Positions 32,127 through 42,142 of a DNA stretch of 63,044 nt are shown here, one piece after another. Made by a program: the position numbers and the translations under genes. Each line of letters starts with the position of its first letter. The first letter of the stretch is position 1. The notes below the pieces were generated by a model. That model searched no databases, was not told where the DNA came from, and saw nothing but the letters and a program-made list of their open reading frames with translations. Source of the DNA: an uncultured Thermoplasmata archaeon (GTDB lineage Archaea > Thermoplasmatota > Thermoplasmata > WALJ01); the NCBI GenBank assembly GCA_964475625.1, contig CAYYXK010000003.1, positions 1-63,044 of the forward strand, read 5' to 3'.

Positions 32127-32225
32127 GGTATCACATGTAATACAACGCATTACTAGTATTTCAAACTATCGGAGCCCAAAATGCCTTTCAAAACCCTTAT
32201 TAACCAATCCCCTCATGGAGAGCGC

Positions 32226-32654
32226 ATGAAGGTCCTCATAGTCATGGGAAGCAAGAGCGACATGCATGTTGCCGAGAAGGTCGAGTCAGTACTTAAGGAG
32301 TTCGAGGTGCCCTACGAGATAGAGGTCGCGTCTGCCCACAGGAACCCGCCGAAGGTGGAGGCACTCGCAAAGAGGGACGATGTGGACATTTTCATAGCCA
32401 TCGCGGGGCTGAGCGCAGCGCTCCCCGGTGTAATTGCATCACACACAACGAAGCCGGTCATAGGAGTGCCGGTCAGCGGCAAGGTGAATCTGGATTCCAT
32501 ACTTTCCATAGTCCAGATGCCGCCCGGAATACCCGTGGCAGCCGTGGGACTCGACAACGGTAAGAACGCGGCCACGCTCGCCGTGGAGATTCTGGCTATG
32601 AAGTATCCCGAACTGACCGGGAAGATAGATGCCTATCGTGAGAAAATGAGGTGA
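32226..32654 (+). CDS. purE: Phosphoribosylaminoimidazole carboxylase catalytic subunit / N5-CAIR mutase PurE
   Basis: [15 protein letters not shown]...SAHRNP...[13 protein letters not shown] motifs. Confidence 0.85.
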   Translation: MKVLIVMGSKSDMHVAEKVESVLKEFEVPYEIEVASAHRNPPKVEALAKRDDVDIFIAIAGLSAALPGVIASHTTKPVIGVPVSGKVNLDSILSIVQMPPGIPVAAVGLDNGKNAATLAVEILAMKYPELTGKIDAYREKMR

Positions 32655-32658
32655 TGAT

Positions 32659-33603
32659 TTGGACCCCGCTAAATTCGTAGAGGATAGCATCAAAGAGCTC
32701 AGGGAGACCATAGACGGAAAAGCGATAATCGCTATATCGGGAGGAGTGGACTCTTCCGTTGCAGCGGCGATAACCGCAGAGGCGATAGGAGATAGGCTCA
32801 CCGGAGTCTTCGTTGATACGGGCTATATGAGAAAGAACGAGGCCGAGCAGGTCAGGGAGATATTCTCTGAGTACGACCTCGAGTTCCGCATAGTCGATGC
32901 CAGCGAAGAATTCTACGAGGCACTTTCGGGTGTGACAGACCCTGAGAGGAAGAGGAAGATAATCGGTGCGAAGTTCATAGATGTGTTCAGGGAGGTTGCC
33001 GCAGAGGTTGGGGCTGAGTACCTGATACAGGGAACCATAGCCCCGGACTGGATAGAGAGCGGCGGAGAGCTGAGAGATACGATAAAGAGCCACCACAATG
33101 TCGGTGGCCTTCCGAAGAAACTCGGCATGAAACTGGTTGAGCCGCTGAGGGACCTTTACAAGGACGAAGTAAGGGAGCTGGCACGCTACCTGAAACTCAA
33201 TGTGGCTGAAAGGCAGCCGTTCCCCGGACCAGGACTTGCCATAAGGGTGATAGGTGAGGCAAGCCCCGAGAGAGTGGAGATAGTGCGTGAGGCCAACTAC
33301 ATCGCAGAACAGGAGATTGAGAAAGCGGTGGAAGAGGGAAAGATGTCAATGCCTTGGCAGTATTTCGCTGCCCTTCTGCCGGTGAACACAGTCGGAGTGC
33401 ACGGAGACCTCAGAGCCTATGGAGAGACCATAGTCGTGAGGGCCGTGGAGTCCATGGATGCGATGAGCGCCACCTATTCAAGGATACCCCACGAGGTTCT
33501 GGACCGCATATCCCGCAGGATAACCAACGAGCTGGGCGACAGGGTGAACCGCGTGGTCTATGACATAACGAACAAACCGCCGGGAACCATAGAGTGGGAG
33601 TGA
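32659..33603 (+). CDS. guaA: GMP synthase subunit B (ATP pyrophosphatase domain)
   Basis: PP-loop SGGVDSSV, the C-terminal dimerisation domain and the terminal ...PPGTIEWE. TTG start. Confidence 0.9.
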   Translation: MDPAKFVEDSIKELRETIDGKAIIAISGGVDSSVAAAITAEAIGDRLTGVFVDTGYMRKNEAEQVREIFSEYDLEFRIVDASEEFYEALSGVTDPERKRKIIGAKFIDVFREVAAEVGAEYLIQGTIAPDWIESGGELRDTIKSHHNVGGLPKKLGMKLVEPLRDLYKDEVRELARYLKLNVAERQPFPGPGLAIRVIGEASPERVEIVREANYIAEQEIEKAVEEGKMSMPWQYFAALLPVNTVGVHGDLRAYGETIVVRAVESMDAMSATYSRIPHEVLDRISRRITNELGDRVNRVVYDITNKPPGTIEWE

Positions 33604-33604
33604 T

Positions 33605-34441
33605 ATGGCAAGGGCCTTCGCTCCGGGCCACATAACCGGGTTCTTCGCACCCTATCGGCACGATGACCCGTTGAAGTCAGGCTCATGGGGCGCGGGTTTT
33701 GCAATAGACCTCGGAGCAACTGCGGAGGTTGAACTCTCCGATTCGATTGATATGGAAATTCCATATGGAAAGGGCGAGGTAACGAGAAAAGCGGTTGAAA
33801 TGGCATTGAAAGAGGCCGGAGAGAAGGGAGCGAGGGTTGAGATAGAGCTTCAATTGCCTGTCGGTCAGGGCTTCGGGATGAGCGCTGCGGGAACTCTTGC
33901 AGCGTCTCTCGCACTTGCGGAGCTGCTCGGAAAGGAAAAGGAGGACGCCCTTCGCTGGGCACACACGGCCGAGGTAATTTCAGGAACCGGGCTAAGCGAT
34001 GTGATAGGCAGTTTTTACGGCGGACTCGTGGTTCGCAAGGAACCGGGGCTTCCTCCGTACGGCGAGGTCATCAAAAAGGATATCGTCAGAGAGATATGGA
34101 TAATGGTGGTGGGTGAGCCGATAGACACCCGTGATTTCCTTGAAAAAAGGGGAAAGGGTGTGGAAGAGGCCGGAAAGAGAGCACTCGAAAGACTTCTCTC
34201 CGAGATATCATTCTCAAGATTCATGGAGGAGAGCAGGGAATTTGCGGAGAGCATAGCCATAAGCGATGTGTTGAAGGAAATACCCGAAGGATTCACAGGA
34301 AGTCAGCTCATGCTGGGAAACTCGGTCTTCTTCACGCAATCAGGTTCCGGAATGGTGAATATCACCGGAAAGAAGGCGGAGCCGCCGATAAAGGCCATAA
34401 GATGTAAAATAGATAATACGGGGGCGAGGGTGATTGGGTAA
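33605..34441 (+). CDS. Pantoate kinase (archaeal CoA pathway, GHMP superfamily)
   Basis: FAPGHITGFF N-terminus and the GHMP motif PVGQGFGMSAAGTLA. Confidence 0.7.
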   Translation: MARAFAPGHITGFFAPYRHDDPLKSGSWGAGFAIDLGATAEVELSDSIDMEIPYGKGEVTRKAVEMALKEAGEKGARVEIELQLPVGQGFGMSAAGTLAASLALAELLGKEKEDALRWAHTAEVISGTGLSDVIGSFYGGLVVRKEPGLPPYGEVIKKDIVREIWIMVVGEPIDTRDFLEKRGKGVEEAGKRALERLLSEISFSRFMEESREFAESIAISDVLKEIPEGFTGSQLMLGNSVFFTQSGSGMVNITGKKAEPPIKAIRCKIDNTGARVIG

Positions 34442-35642
34442 GCAGGGAAAACTGAGTGAGGGTGAGATAAGGTTCGCAAAGGCCCGCTTTTTCAGACATT
34501 ACTCCAGAGCCAGGATAGAGATGCCTCCGAGGGGAGCGCTCCGTGAATGGGGCTTTTTCCTTTTCGGAGGAGAGAGGATGCACAGGCCGGTCACATTCAT
34601 GGGAAGGGAAGAACTTGGGGATTATCTGTTTCGCAAGGTCCCACGCCACACATACTATTCGACGGCATATTACAGGAATCCCGGACTTCCGATGGAATCT
34701 CCGGAAAAGGGCTGGATGGGTGCGGACCTCATATTCGACCTTGATGCGGACGGCCTTCCGGGTGCGGATGAATTGAGCTATGAGGAGCAGCTGGCTGCTG
34801 TGAAGGAGGAGATAATCAGGCTTTACGATGTATTCCTTCAGGAGCATCTGGGATTCTCAGATGATGATATGAGCCTCGTATTCTCGGGCGGTAGAGGATA
34901 TCATATACATATAAGGAAAGCCGAGGTTCTGAATATGAACTCCGATGAGAGAAGACAGATCATGGACTATGTGGCGGGAGCATTTCAGGATTTTACGGAT
35001 ATCTTTCCCAGAAGAAGGCTGATAGGAAGCCGTTCGGTAAAAGAGGAAATGATGCTTCCGAGGGATGGAGGGGGATGGAGGGGCATAGTGTCCGAGACAT
35101 ACCCTGCGCTCATACAGGAGATGCAGATACTGGGTATGGATGCCAGCGTAGAGATGATGAAAAAAATCGGGATAAGGAGGGATGTTGCGGAGCACATATA
35201 CGAGCATCTTTTCGATAACGGGGAGTATGACCGGATGCTCAGGAAAGGAGACCTCAGGATGTTCGGGACAGAGGCGGAGTCAAAGGCATTCCTAAGGCTT
35301 CTGGAGCACAAAGTAAGGGCGAGATACGGAGTCCATCCCGATATCCATGTGACTCCGGATATAAGGAGGCTCATAAGACTGCCCGGTTCACTCCACGGAG
35401 GAACGGGTTTTCTCGTCAAGGAGATATCACGCGACGAACTGGACGATTTTCTCCCGACCCGAGATGCCATACCTGAGATATATGAGGACAAGAAGGTGAG
35501 GGTTCTCACGGAAGATAAGATAAAAATAGCCATCTCCGGCGAGGAATATGTGATAAAAGGCGAGACGGAAGTGCCTGAACCGGTGGCCCTCTTCCTCATA
35601 CTCTCGGGGAGGGCATCATTTCCGGAAAGATTTAAAACATAG
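34434..35642 (+). CDS. priS: DNA primase small (catalytic) subunit PriS
   Basis: DLIFDLDAD catalytic acidic motif and FSGGRGYHIHI. The start is uncertain: TTG at 34434 or a later Met. Confidence 0.85.
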   Translation: MGKQGKLSEGEIRFAKARFFRHYSRARIEMPPRGALREWGFFLFGGERMHRPVTFMGREELGDYLFRKVPRHTYYSTAYYRNPGLPMESPEKGWMGADLIFDLDADGLPGADELSYEEQLAAVKEEIIRLYDVFLQEHLGFSDDDMSLVFSGGRGYHIHIRKAEVLNMNSDERRQIMDYVAGAFQDFTDIFPRRRLIGSRSVKEEMMLPRDGGGWRGIVSETYPALIQEMQILGMDASVEMMKKIGIRRDVAEHIYEHLFDNGEYDRMLRKGDLRMFGTEAESKAFLRLLEHKVRARYGVHPDIHVTPDIRRLIRLPGSLHGGTGFLVKEISRDELDDFLPTRDAIPEIYEDKKVRVLTEDKIKIAISGEEYVIKGETEVPEPVALFLILSGRASFPERFKT

Positions 35643-35658
35643 CGTCCCATAGGCTGAT

Positions 35659-37311
35659 GTGGAAAAAGTATATGCGGTGATAATCGGGGCAATACTCCTT
35701 ACGATGATATTCGCCGGCTGCATCGCTCCCGAAGAGCACGAGGCGGCAGCGGACGAAGTCCCTCCGGAGATAAGCCTGATATATCCCGAAAACAACTCCT
35801 TTATACGTCCGGGGGAGAACATACGATTCTCGATAAAGGACGATAACCTCAGCACTGCGACAATATCCATCGGAAACTCCACCGAACGCTCTTTTTTCCA
35901 GCCTTACGAGATTGACACATCTTCATGGGGCGAAGGGACACACATAGTGTGCATTCGGGCGGAAGACGCGGAAGGGAACAATGAGAGCGCATTCTTCATA
36001 TTCCGCATAGACCTGAGCGCTCCCGCCATATCCCTGATTTTTCCGGCGAACAACTCGGCTATCGAGAGTTCGGCCAAGATACGGCTTTCCATAGAGGATG
36101 AAAACCTTCTCGGTGCCAACTACACTCTGGATGGTGGCGGTCCCAGAATATTGCCCTACCCATATGTCATACCGGTGGATTGGTGGTCCGAAGGCCCGCA
36201 TGACATAAGAGTGAACGCAAACGATAGGGCCGGGAACCGCGCCTCGAAATCATATCATTTCATCATAGACAACCGGCCTACGGGGATAGTGGTACTTTCT
36301 CCGAAGTCCAGAGTCATACGGCCGGGTACACCGATAATATTCGAGATAGACGAAGAGAACCTTGTAAACCTCACATGCACTGTTAACGGAGCCCCTACGG
36401 ACTTCTCATCATATATCATCAACACCACCGGATGGGAGGACGGTTCCTATTACATACTGATAAATGCCACCGACCTTGCGGGGCACATAAAGAGTGTGTC
36501 CTATGCCTTTGAAGTAGATTCACAACCGCCGGTAATAAACTCGTCTGTCAGAGGAGGCTCGGAACTCATGATGAACGGCACACTGGATGTGCTCAATTAC
36601 ACATTCACCCACAGCGGAGGAGAAATCCGGATAAATGCGGATGACCCGCACATTCTCTCCGTGTCATATTCGATTGAAGGGAGCGCGTATACGGAATTGA
36701 AAGCACCGTATGAGCTGAACCTTTACGGAATAAGGGGAAAGGAAGCAAACATCAGCATAATGGCCACGGATATCCCGGGAAATACCGCATACCTGAATCT
36801 GACATTCTTTCCGAGATACAATCTGACAATATTCATGCCTAACGGGAGTTCCGAGATTGCAGTGCCGTTTGTGTTGAACGATACGTACATCCGCCATGTT
36901 TTTCAGTCGGTGGATGACAGTTATTCCCGTGTTTTAACATTCATCAACGGCTCGTGGAGGTCATTCAATCCGGCATATCCTGACAAATTCAATCTCGATC
37001 TCCTCTATGTCGAGATATATATGGGTTTAATCGTACGGCTGAACAACGGCTCTCGTTCATTCACCACAGACGGTTTTCTCCCGTTGGAGTATACCCTGCA
37101 TCTCAGAAGCGGCTCGAACTTTGTCCCGTATCTCTCTATGAGGCCTATGAGACTGGATGCGGCCTTCGCAGATGTTCCATGGTATCGGGTCCAGCGCTGG
37201 GACTCTGAAACCGGGACTTATATCGATATGAAGGGCGATGAACTCCTTCTGCCCGGTCATGCGTACTGGGTCTATGCCTCCGAGATGTCCATTCTAACCG
37301 TTGATTTTTAG
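35659..37311 (+). CDS. Secreted, possibly lipid-anchored protein with ~4 Ig-like repeats and the GWN/PGHAYW C-terminal domain
   Basis: Signal peptide with a lipobox-like IFAGC. Repeated ~95-aa units (PPEISLIYPENNSFIRPGENIRFSIKDDNL; APAISLIFPANNSAIESSAKIRLSIEDENL; ...). The last 159 aa are homologous to the C-terminus of the 24444-28943 protein. Confidence 0.65.
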   Translation: MEKVYAVIIGAILLTMIFAGCIAPEEHEAAADEVPPEISLIYPENNSFIRPGENIRFSIKDDNLSTATISIGNSTERSFFQPYEIDTSSWGEGTHIVCIRAEDAEGNNESAFFIFRIDLSAPAISLIFPANNSAIESSAKIRLSIEDENLLGANYTLDGGGPRILPYPYVIPVDWWSEGPHDIRVNANDRAGNRASKSYHFIIDNRPTGIVVLSPKSRVIRPGTPIIFEIDEENLVNLTCTVNGAPTDFSSYIINTTGWEDGSYYILINATDLAGHIKSVSYAFEVDSQPPVINSSVRGGSELMMNGTLDVLNYTFTHSGGEIRINADDPHILSVSYSIEGSAYTELKAPYELNLYGIRGKEANISIMATDIPGNTAYLNLTFFPRYNLTIFMPNGSSEIAVPFVLNDTYIRHVFQSVDDSYSRVLTFINGSWRSFNPAYPDKFNLDLLYVEIYMGLIVRLNNGSRSFTTDGFLPLEYTLHLRSGSNFVPYLSMRPMRLDAAFADVPWYRVQRWDSETGTYIDMKGDELLLPGHAYWVYASEMSILTVDF

Positions 37312-37330
37312 TTTTTGTCGTTTAGTTATT
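37305..37330 (+). terminator. Oligo-T tract after the stop codon (archaeal-type terminator candidate)
   Basis: TTTTTAGTTTTTGTCGTTTAG spans the stop codon at 37309-37311. Confidence 0.3.
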
Positions 37331-37363
37331 CACTTTTAGACGAAATAGAGGGACTTTTACCAA

Positions 37364-37407
37364 AACATATATATAGGGGACAAAAGTAGACAGGCTAGAA
37401 TGGAGGT
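37364..37407 (+). promoter_or_regulatory. TATA-like box plus Shine-Dalgarno for the surface-protein gene
   Basis: ACATATATATAG at ~37365-37376. GGAGGT at 37402-37407 lies 6 nt before the ATG at 37414. Confidence 0.4.
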
Positions 37408-37413
37408 TTAACC

Positions 37414-39546
37414 ATGAAAAGAACAAATACGATAATAGCGGCGTTCCTTGTGCTCGCAATGGTGGTATCCGTGATACCCATGACAGAAGCGGGAGCACCA
37501 GCTATAGAGACAAATGCGGTAGATACAAACATTCTTATCAACAATGTAACGGCCAGCCCGGCCACAGTTGGACAGGGCGGCACAGTGAACATAACATGCG
37601 ATGTGACAGCGAACGGAGCGGTTGCGATATCCTATGTCAACCTTACCGTGACCGACCCCGCAAACACCACACATACATATACGATGATAACGAACACCAG
37701 CGATGCCAACGGGAACGGTACATACTGGAATGCGACAGCGTATAGCGTGGCAGGAGTCTATCATTACACCATAAATGTGACCGATGCGAACGGAAACTGG
37801 AACATCTCCGGAAACAATACTTTCACCGTTACTGACACCACTGCACCGACGATATCCGATGTAAGCGTCACACCATCCGCGGTCGTCGAAGGAAACGCTG
37901 TTACGATAAGCGCCAATGTTACGGACAATGTGGCCGTTTCCAGCGTCAAGCTCACAGTAAAGAAAGCAACTACGGTCGGAAATAACACCACATATACCGT
38001 GGTTATAAACGCAACGGACATGACAAACAGCAACGGCATTTACACCTATGTTCATACCTATGGAGTCGGCACATATGTCTTCGAGATAGAAGCTAAAGAC
38101 GCTGCTAACAATTCAGCTCTGGACAACAGCACGAATAATACATTCGAAGTAACTGCGGACACATCCGCTCCGGTGATAAGCAATGTTGCGGCAGAGCCCA
38201 CGACTGTCGCACAGGGTGGAAGTGTCAACATAACTGCGGATGTTACCGATGCAGGCGTAGGAGTGGACACCGTTATGGTGAACATAACATATCCTGACGG
38301 CACATTCCGCAACGAGACGATGACACTGTACAACGGCACATATGCGTACAACACGACCTATATGGACATAGGCACCTATTCTTACTTCATATGGGCGAAC
38401 GACACCAACGGAAATGCGGCATCATCCACACTAGCAAGCTTTGAGATAACCGACGGAACAGCACCTGTCATAAGCGATGTCTCGGTCATTCCCGACAAGA
38501 ACATAGTGAATATAACGGCGATAGTAACGGACAACATAGGAGTGGATTCCGTGACCGTAACAATATTCAACAGCACCGGAGACGTACTGGCCGGATATCC
38601 GATGGATATGACGGAAACGAACACCACAACACATACTTACGCTTTCACATCCGAAGCTCTCCCGCTCGGGAACTATACATTTGTGATAAATGCGGCCGAT
38701 GCGGCAGGTAATCCTGCGGTACCAGCAACAGGCTCTTTTTCAATAGTGGACACGGAAGCACCGGAGATATCCGACATAAACGTACCTGCAAACATCGTTG
38801 AACACCAGAATGTCACCATAACATGTGTTGTCACGGACAATGTGAACGATGTGGCAGACATAAGCGTCGTCATAATCGTGGATGGAACAAGCCATGCCAT
38901 GACATATAGCGGTCAGAACAATGTCTTCGAATATACGATATCCGACATAGTATATGGAGACCACAGCTTTACCATCACCGCAACGGATGCGGAAGGAAAC
39001 AGCGCAACAAGTCCCGAAGAGACATTCTCCGCCGCGGATGCCAGCAACCCTGAGATAGATGACTCCGTATCCAGCATACCCACTTCAGTAACACTCGGAG
39101 AGGACATAAAGTTCAGCGTTGCCATCCATGACGATGACCCGATGACCGTCACACTCTACTACTCCGTCGATGGCGGAAACGAGACCAGCGTTGTGATGAC
39201 TCAGGACGCGGATGGAAACTATGTGGCCACCATAAAGGTCGATTCCGGAAGCAAGCTCACATACAGGATTGTGGCCAATGACGGACAGAGTGGAGCCACA
39301 ACAGTCGCACAGGGAGAAATAACTCTCAACGAGAAGTCCACCATATCCACGACGATGCTAGCGGGAATAGGGATACTGCTTCTTGTGATCATCATCGCAG
39401 TCGTAATGATGATGAAGAAGAAACCATCCGCCGCAGCCGCGCCTTCCGAGGAAGAACCTGTCGAAGAAGCTGAGGAAGAGCCTATCGAGGAAGAGGAATT
39501 CGAAGAAATCAGTGAAGAAGAGGATGACCTCGGAGAGGACCTCTAA
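37414..39546 (+). CDS. Cell-surface glycoprotein (S-layer-like candidate): signal peptide, ~6 Ig-like repeats, C-terminal TM anchor, acidic cytoplasmic tail
   Basis: Signal peptide MKRTNTIIAAFLVLAMVVSVIPMTEAG. Repeats begin with D(T)(T/S)AP(T/V)ISDVSV... and contain V(T)DN(V/I)(A/G)V. Many N-x-S/T sequons. TM helix MLAGIGILLLVIIIAVVMMM is followed by KKK and an E/D-rich tail. Confidence 0.7.
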   Translation: MKRTNTIIAAFLVLAMVVSVIPMTEAGAPAIETNAVDTNILINNVTASPATVGQGGTVNITCDVTANGAVAISYVNLTVTDPANTTHTYTMITNTSDANGNGTYWNATAYSVAGVYHYTINVTDANGNWNISGNNTFTVTDTTAPTISDVSVTPSAVVEGNAVTISANVTDNVAVSSVKLTVKKATTVGNNTTYTVVINATDMTNSNGIYTYVHTYGVGTYVFEIEAKDAANNSALDNSTNNTFEVTADTSAPVISNVAAEPTTVAQGGSVNITADVTDAGVGVDTVMVNITYPDGTFRNETMTLYNGTYAYNTTYMDIGTYSYFIWANDTNGNAASSTLASFEITDGTAPVISDVSVIPDKNIVNITAIVTDNIGVDSVTVTIFNSTGDVLAGYPMDMTETNTTTHTYAFTSEALPLGNYTFVINAADAAGNPAVPATGSFSIVDTEAPEISDINVPANIVEHQNVTITCVVTDNVNDVADISVVIIVDGTSHAMTYSGQNNVFEYTISDIVYGDHSFTITATDAEGNSATSPEETFSAADASNPEIDDSVSSIPTSVTLGEDIKFSVAIHDDDPMTVTLYYSVDGGNETSVVMTQDADGNYVATIKVDSGSKLTYRIVANDGQSGATTVAQGEITLNEKSTISTTMLAGIGILLLVIIIAVVMMMKKKPSAAAAPSEEEPVEEAEEEPIEEEEFEEISEEEDDLGEDL

Positions 39547-39570
39547 AACCCTTTCTTTTTCCTTTTGTTT
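39547..39570. terminator. T-rich 24-bp spacer between convergent genes (bidirectional terminator candidate)
   Basis: AACCCTTTCTTTTTCCTTTTGTTT lies between the stops at 39544-39546 (+) and 39571-39573 (-). Confidence 0.35.
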
Positions 39571-40377
39571 TTAACGTTCAGGTTTTGTACCATAGATTTT
39601 GCATGCAAGATATCCTACCATTGCCACGCTCATTCTCGCGGCATACCAGAATGTAAAATGGTGGTCAAGCATATTACTGGGTTTGTACTTTCCCCACAGA
39701 TTGCCGTGTTTCATCGTCAGTTGTTTTCTTCCGTATCCGTTCCAGAAGGCCTGTTTGAAGAATCCCAGAAATGTATCTCTTGTCTTATGATACACTATTG
39801 CTCGCGGATTGTAGATTATCTTTGCGCCTGCCCTCACCGCCCGTATGTTCAGGTCTATGTCTTCGGCAGTTATGAACCACGGGTCGAACCCGCCTATTTT
39901 TTCAAATAATCTCTTTCGGTAAAGAAGGTTGCAGCTCGGATATGTCACATCATATCCTTTGTAGTAGAGTTCCACCCTTTCAAGTTCTTCGAATGCTCTG
40001 TATCCTATCGGTATGCTCATTCCGGCAACGACATCGGCACCTTTCAGCAGACTTTTTCTGAACTCCTTGAGCCAGAAAGGATTGGGGATATCATCTCCGT
40101 CTATGAACGCCACGGCCTCGCCTTTCGCCATTTTCACACCGTAGTTCCTCCCGACACCTCTGGTCCCTCCCCTTTCATAGAGCCTTATGAAATCGTATTT
40201 TTTCCGGTATTTTTTAATGATTTCTTGCGTGCGGTCGGTACTGTGGGCATCCACAATGACCACTTCAAAGGGCTTTTCCTGAACAAGAAGGCTGTCCAGA
40301 AGGTTCACGATGTTCTTTTCCTCGTTTCGGACCGTTATCACGACGCTTATGAGCATCGCATCCGCATGTCCTTTCAA
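39571..40377 (-). CDS. Family 2 glycosyltransferase
   Basis: ISVVITVRNEEKNI...VVIVDAHSTDRT...AFIDGDD motifs of GT-A/GT2 enzymes. Confidence 0.8.
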   Translation of the reverse strand: MKGHADAMLISVVITVRNEEKNIVNLLDSLLVQEKPFEVVIVDAHSTDRTQEIIKKYRKKYDFIRLYERGGTRGVGRNYGVKMAKGEAVAFIDGDDIPNPFWLKEFRKSLLKGADVVAGMSIPIGYRAFEELERVELYYKGYDVTYPSCNLLYRKRLFEKIGGFDPWFITAEDIDLNIRAVRAGAKIIYNPRAIVYHKTRDTFLGFFKQAFWNGYGRKQLTMKHGNLWGKYKPSNMLDHHFTFWYAARMSVAMVGYLACKIYGTKPER

Positions 40378-42140
40378 TTAATAGTATTTTCCTCTATAAG
40401 CCCTTCAATTCTTCCCGGAATTTCAGTGATGGGGAGCCTTATCTGTTCCTTCGTATCCCGGAAACGCAGTGTGGCGCTCCCGTCTTCAAGGCTCCGGTAA
40501 TCCACGGTTATACAGTAGGGGGTGCCGATCTCGTCCATACGTGCATATCTGCGCCCTATCGAACCGGAAGCATCGTATTCCGCCTTTATCCCCCTTTTTC
40601 TCAGAGCATCGAATATCTCCGCGGCCTTCTCATCCAGCCCGTCCTTTGCCATCAGAGGAAATACCGCCGCTTTGACAGGTGCGACGGAGGGCCTGAATTT
40701 GATGGTTCTGTATGTCTCATCCCCTTCTTCGGTCTCGGAATAAGAGTGCTCCATTACCGCATACAGTATCCGGTCCATGCCGTAGGATGGCTCTATCACA
40801 TGGGGGACGAAGTCCTCACCGCTCACTTTCTTCTTTATCGTCCTGAATGTGTACGCATCGGCCGGAACCGTATATTCCTTCCCGTCTATCGTAAGCTTTA
40901 TCTCTCCACCCGTCGGAGGAGCGTCCATCTCTTTCAGCGCTCCCGCTACCTTCTCCGCATCACCTTTGAATAGCGGACCAAGCTTACCGAAGTCAGGTAC
41001 TATTTCTTCAACTTCCATCTCGACAGGCCTGTCATATGTCCTGTGTGCGGAAAGCCTTTCCCCTGAGAACTCCATATGGCGTTTCAGGTCGTAATCCGTC
41101 CTGTCGGCTATTCCGACTATCTCTATCCAGCCGTATGAAAGAAGCACCTCGGCATCCCAGCAGTCATCGGCATAATGCGCCATCTCGTCCGTAAGATGCT
41201 CCCTGAAACGCAGTTTTTTCTCATCGATACCTATCTCAAGCAGAAATGAACGGGTCAACCCGATGAAATATGCAAGGGCCTCGTTCTTTATCATTCCTTT
41301 TTTAACGGCATCGCCAAGAGATATCCTCAACTCGCCACCGGTGTTCGGTAGGAGAAGCACCTCATCATCGGCATATCTTTCGAAGCCCGGCCATATCTTG
41401 TTTTCCGGGTCGAAGAAGACCTCCGCTTCGGCCATATTGAACTCCCTGAGCCTGAGAAGGCCCTGCCTCGGGCTGATCTCGTTTCTGAAACCCTTGCCTA
41501 TCTGGACGGCACCGAAGGGAAGTTTCTCACGAAAATATCTGTAAAGATGCTGGAAATCCATGAACATGGCCTGTGCGGTTTCGGGTCTGAGATAACCCGT
41601 GCGCTCCCTTTTTCCTTTGGGCCCTATATTGGTTTTGAACATCAGATTGAAGGGTTCGGGTTTTGAAAGAGGACCCCCGCATTCCGGACATTTTATTCCT
41701 TTTCTTTGCATAATTATCCATATTGCATCTTGACTCAATGCTTCAAACCAGTATTTCCAGAGATTTGATTCAGGATGAGGTATTTCATCAGAATCTGACA
41801 ATGCTTCTGTGTAGGCATCTAGGTCTTCTTTTCCTATTCCACCAATAAGGTGGTCCGCTCTGAACGAAGAGCCGCATTTCTCGCACACCGTCACCAGGTC
41901 CTCGAACTTGTCCAGATGTCCTGATGCGCGGAAGACATCCTCCGGACTCAGATTCGGCGAGTCTATCTCCGCCATGCCCTCCTGAAGGACATAGTAACGC
42001 CTCCATGTGTCTGTGATATTCCTTTTCAGTTCGGCCCCCATTGGGCCGTAATCATAGAAACCCCGCATTCCGTTGTATATGTCGAAGGCCGGCCAGATGA
42101 AGCCGCGCCTGCGGGCAACGGCAAAGACCTTCTCCCACAC
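40374..42140 (-). CDS. glyS: Glycyl-tRNA synthetase (archaeal/eukaryotic type)
   Basis: FRNEISPR, FNLMFKT, EPSYGMDR and the C-terminal anticodon-binding domain. ATGA-type overlap with the GT2 gene. Confidence 0.92.
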   Translation of the reverse strand: MWEKVFAVARRRGFIWPAFDIYNGMRGFYDYGPMGAELKRNITDTWRRYYVLQEGMAEIDSPNLSPEDVFRASGHLDKFEDLVTVCEKCGSSFRADHLIGGIGKEDLDAYTEALSDSDEIPHPESNLWKYWFEALSQDAIWIIMQRKGIKCPECGGPLSKPEPFNLMFKTNIGPKGKRERTGYLRPETAQAMFMDFQHLYRYFREKLPFGAVQIGKGFRNEISPRQGLLRLREFNMAEAEVFFDPENKIWPGFERYADDEVLLLPNTGGELRISLGDAVKKGMIKNEALAYFIGLTRSFLLEIGIDEKKLRFREHLTDEMAHYADDCWDAEVLLSYGWIEIVGIADRTDYDLKRHMEFSGERLSAHRTYDRPVEMEVEEIVPDFGKLGPLFKGDAEKVAGALKEMDAPPTGGEIKLTIDGKEYTVPADAYTFRTIKKKVSGEDFVPHVIEPSYGMDRILYAVMEHSYSETEEGDETYRTIKFRPSVAPVKAAVFPLMAKDGLDEKAAEIFDALRKRGIKAEYDASGSIGRRYARMDEIGTPYCITVDYRSLEDGSATLRFRDTKEQIRLPITEIPGRIEGLIEENTIN

Positions 42141-42142
42141 AC

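Noticed and set aside
41700-41830. AT-rich ~130-bp patch inside glyS as a possible intein or mobile insertion
   Set aside because: It encodes only ~20 extra residues within the known variable Zn-ribbon insertion (between FRADHLI and KCPECGG). No intein splice-junction motifs are present and the reading frame is continuous.
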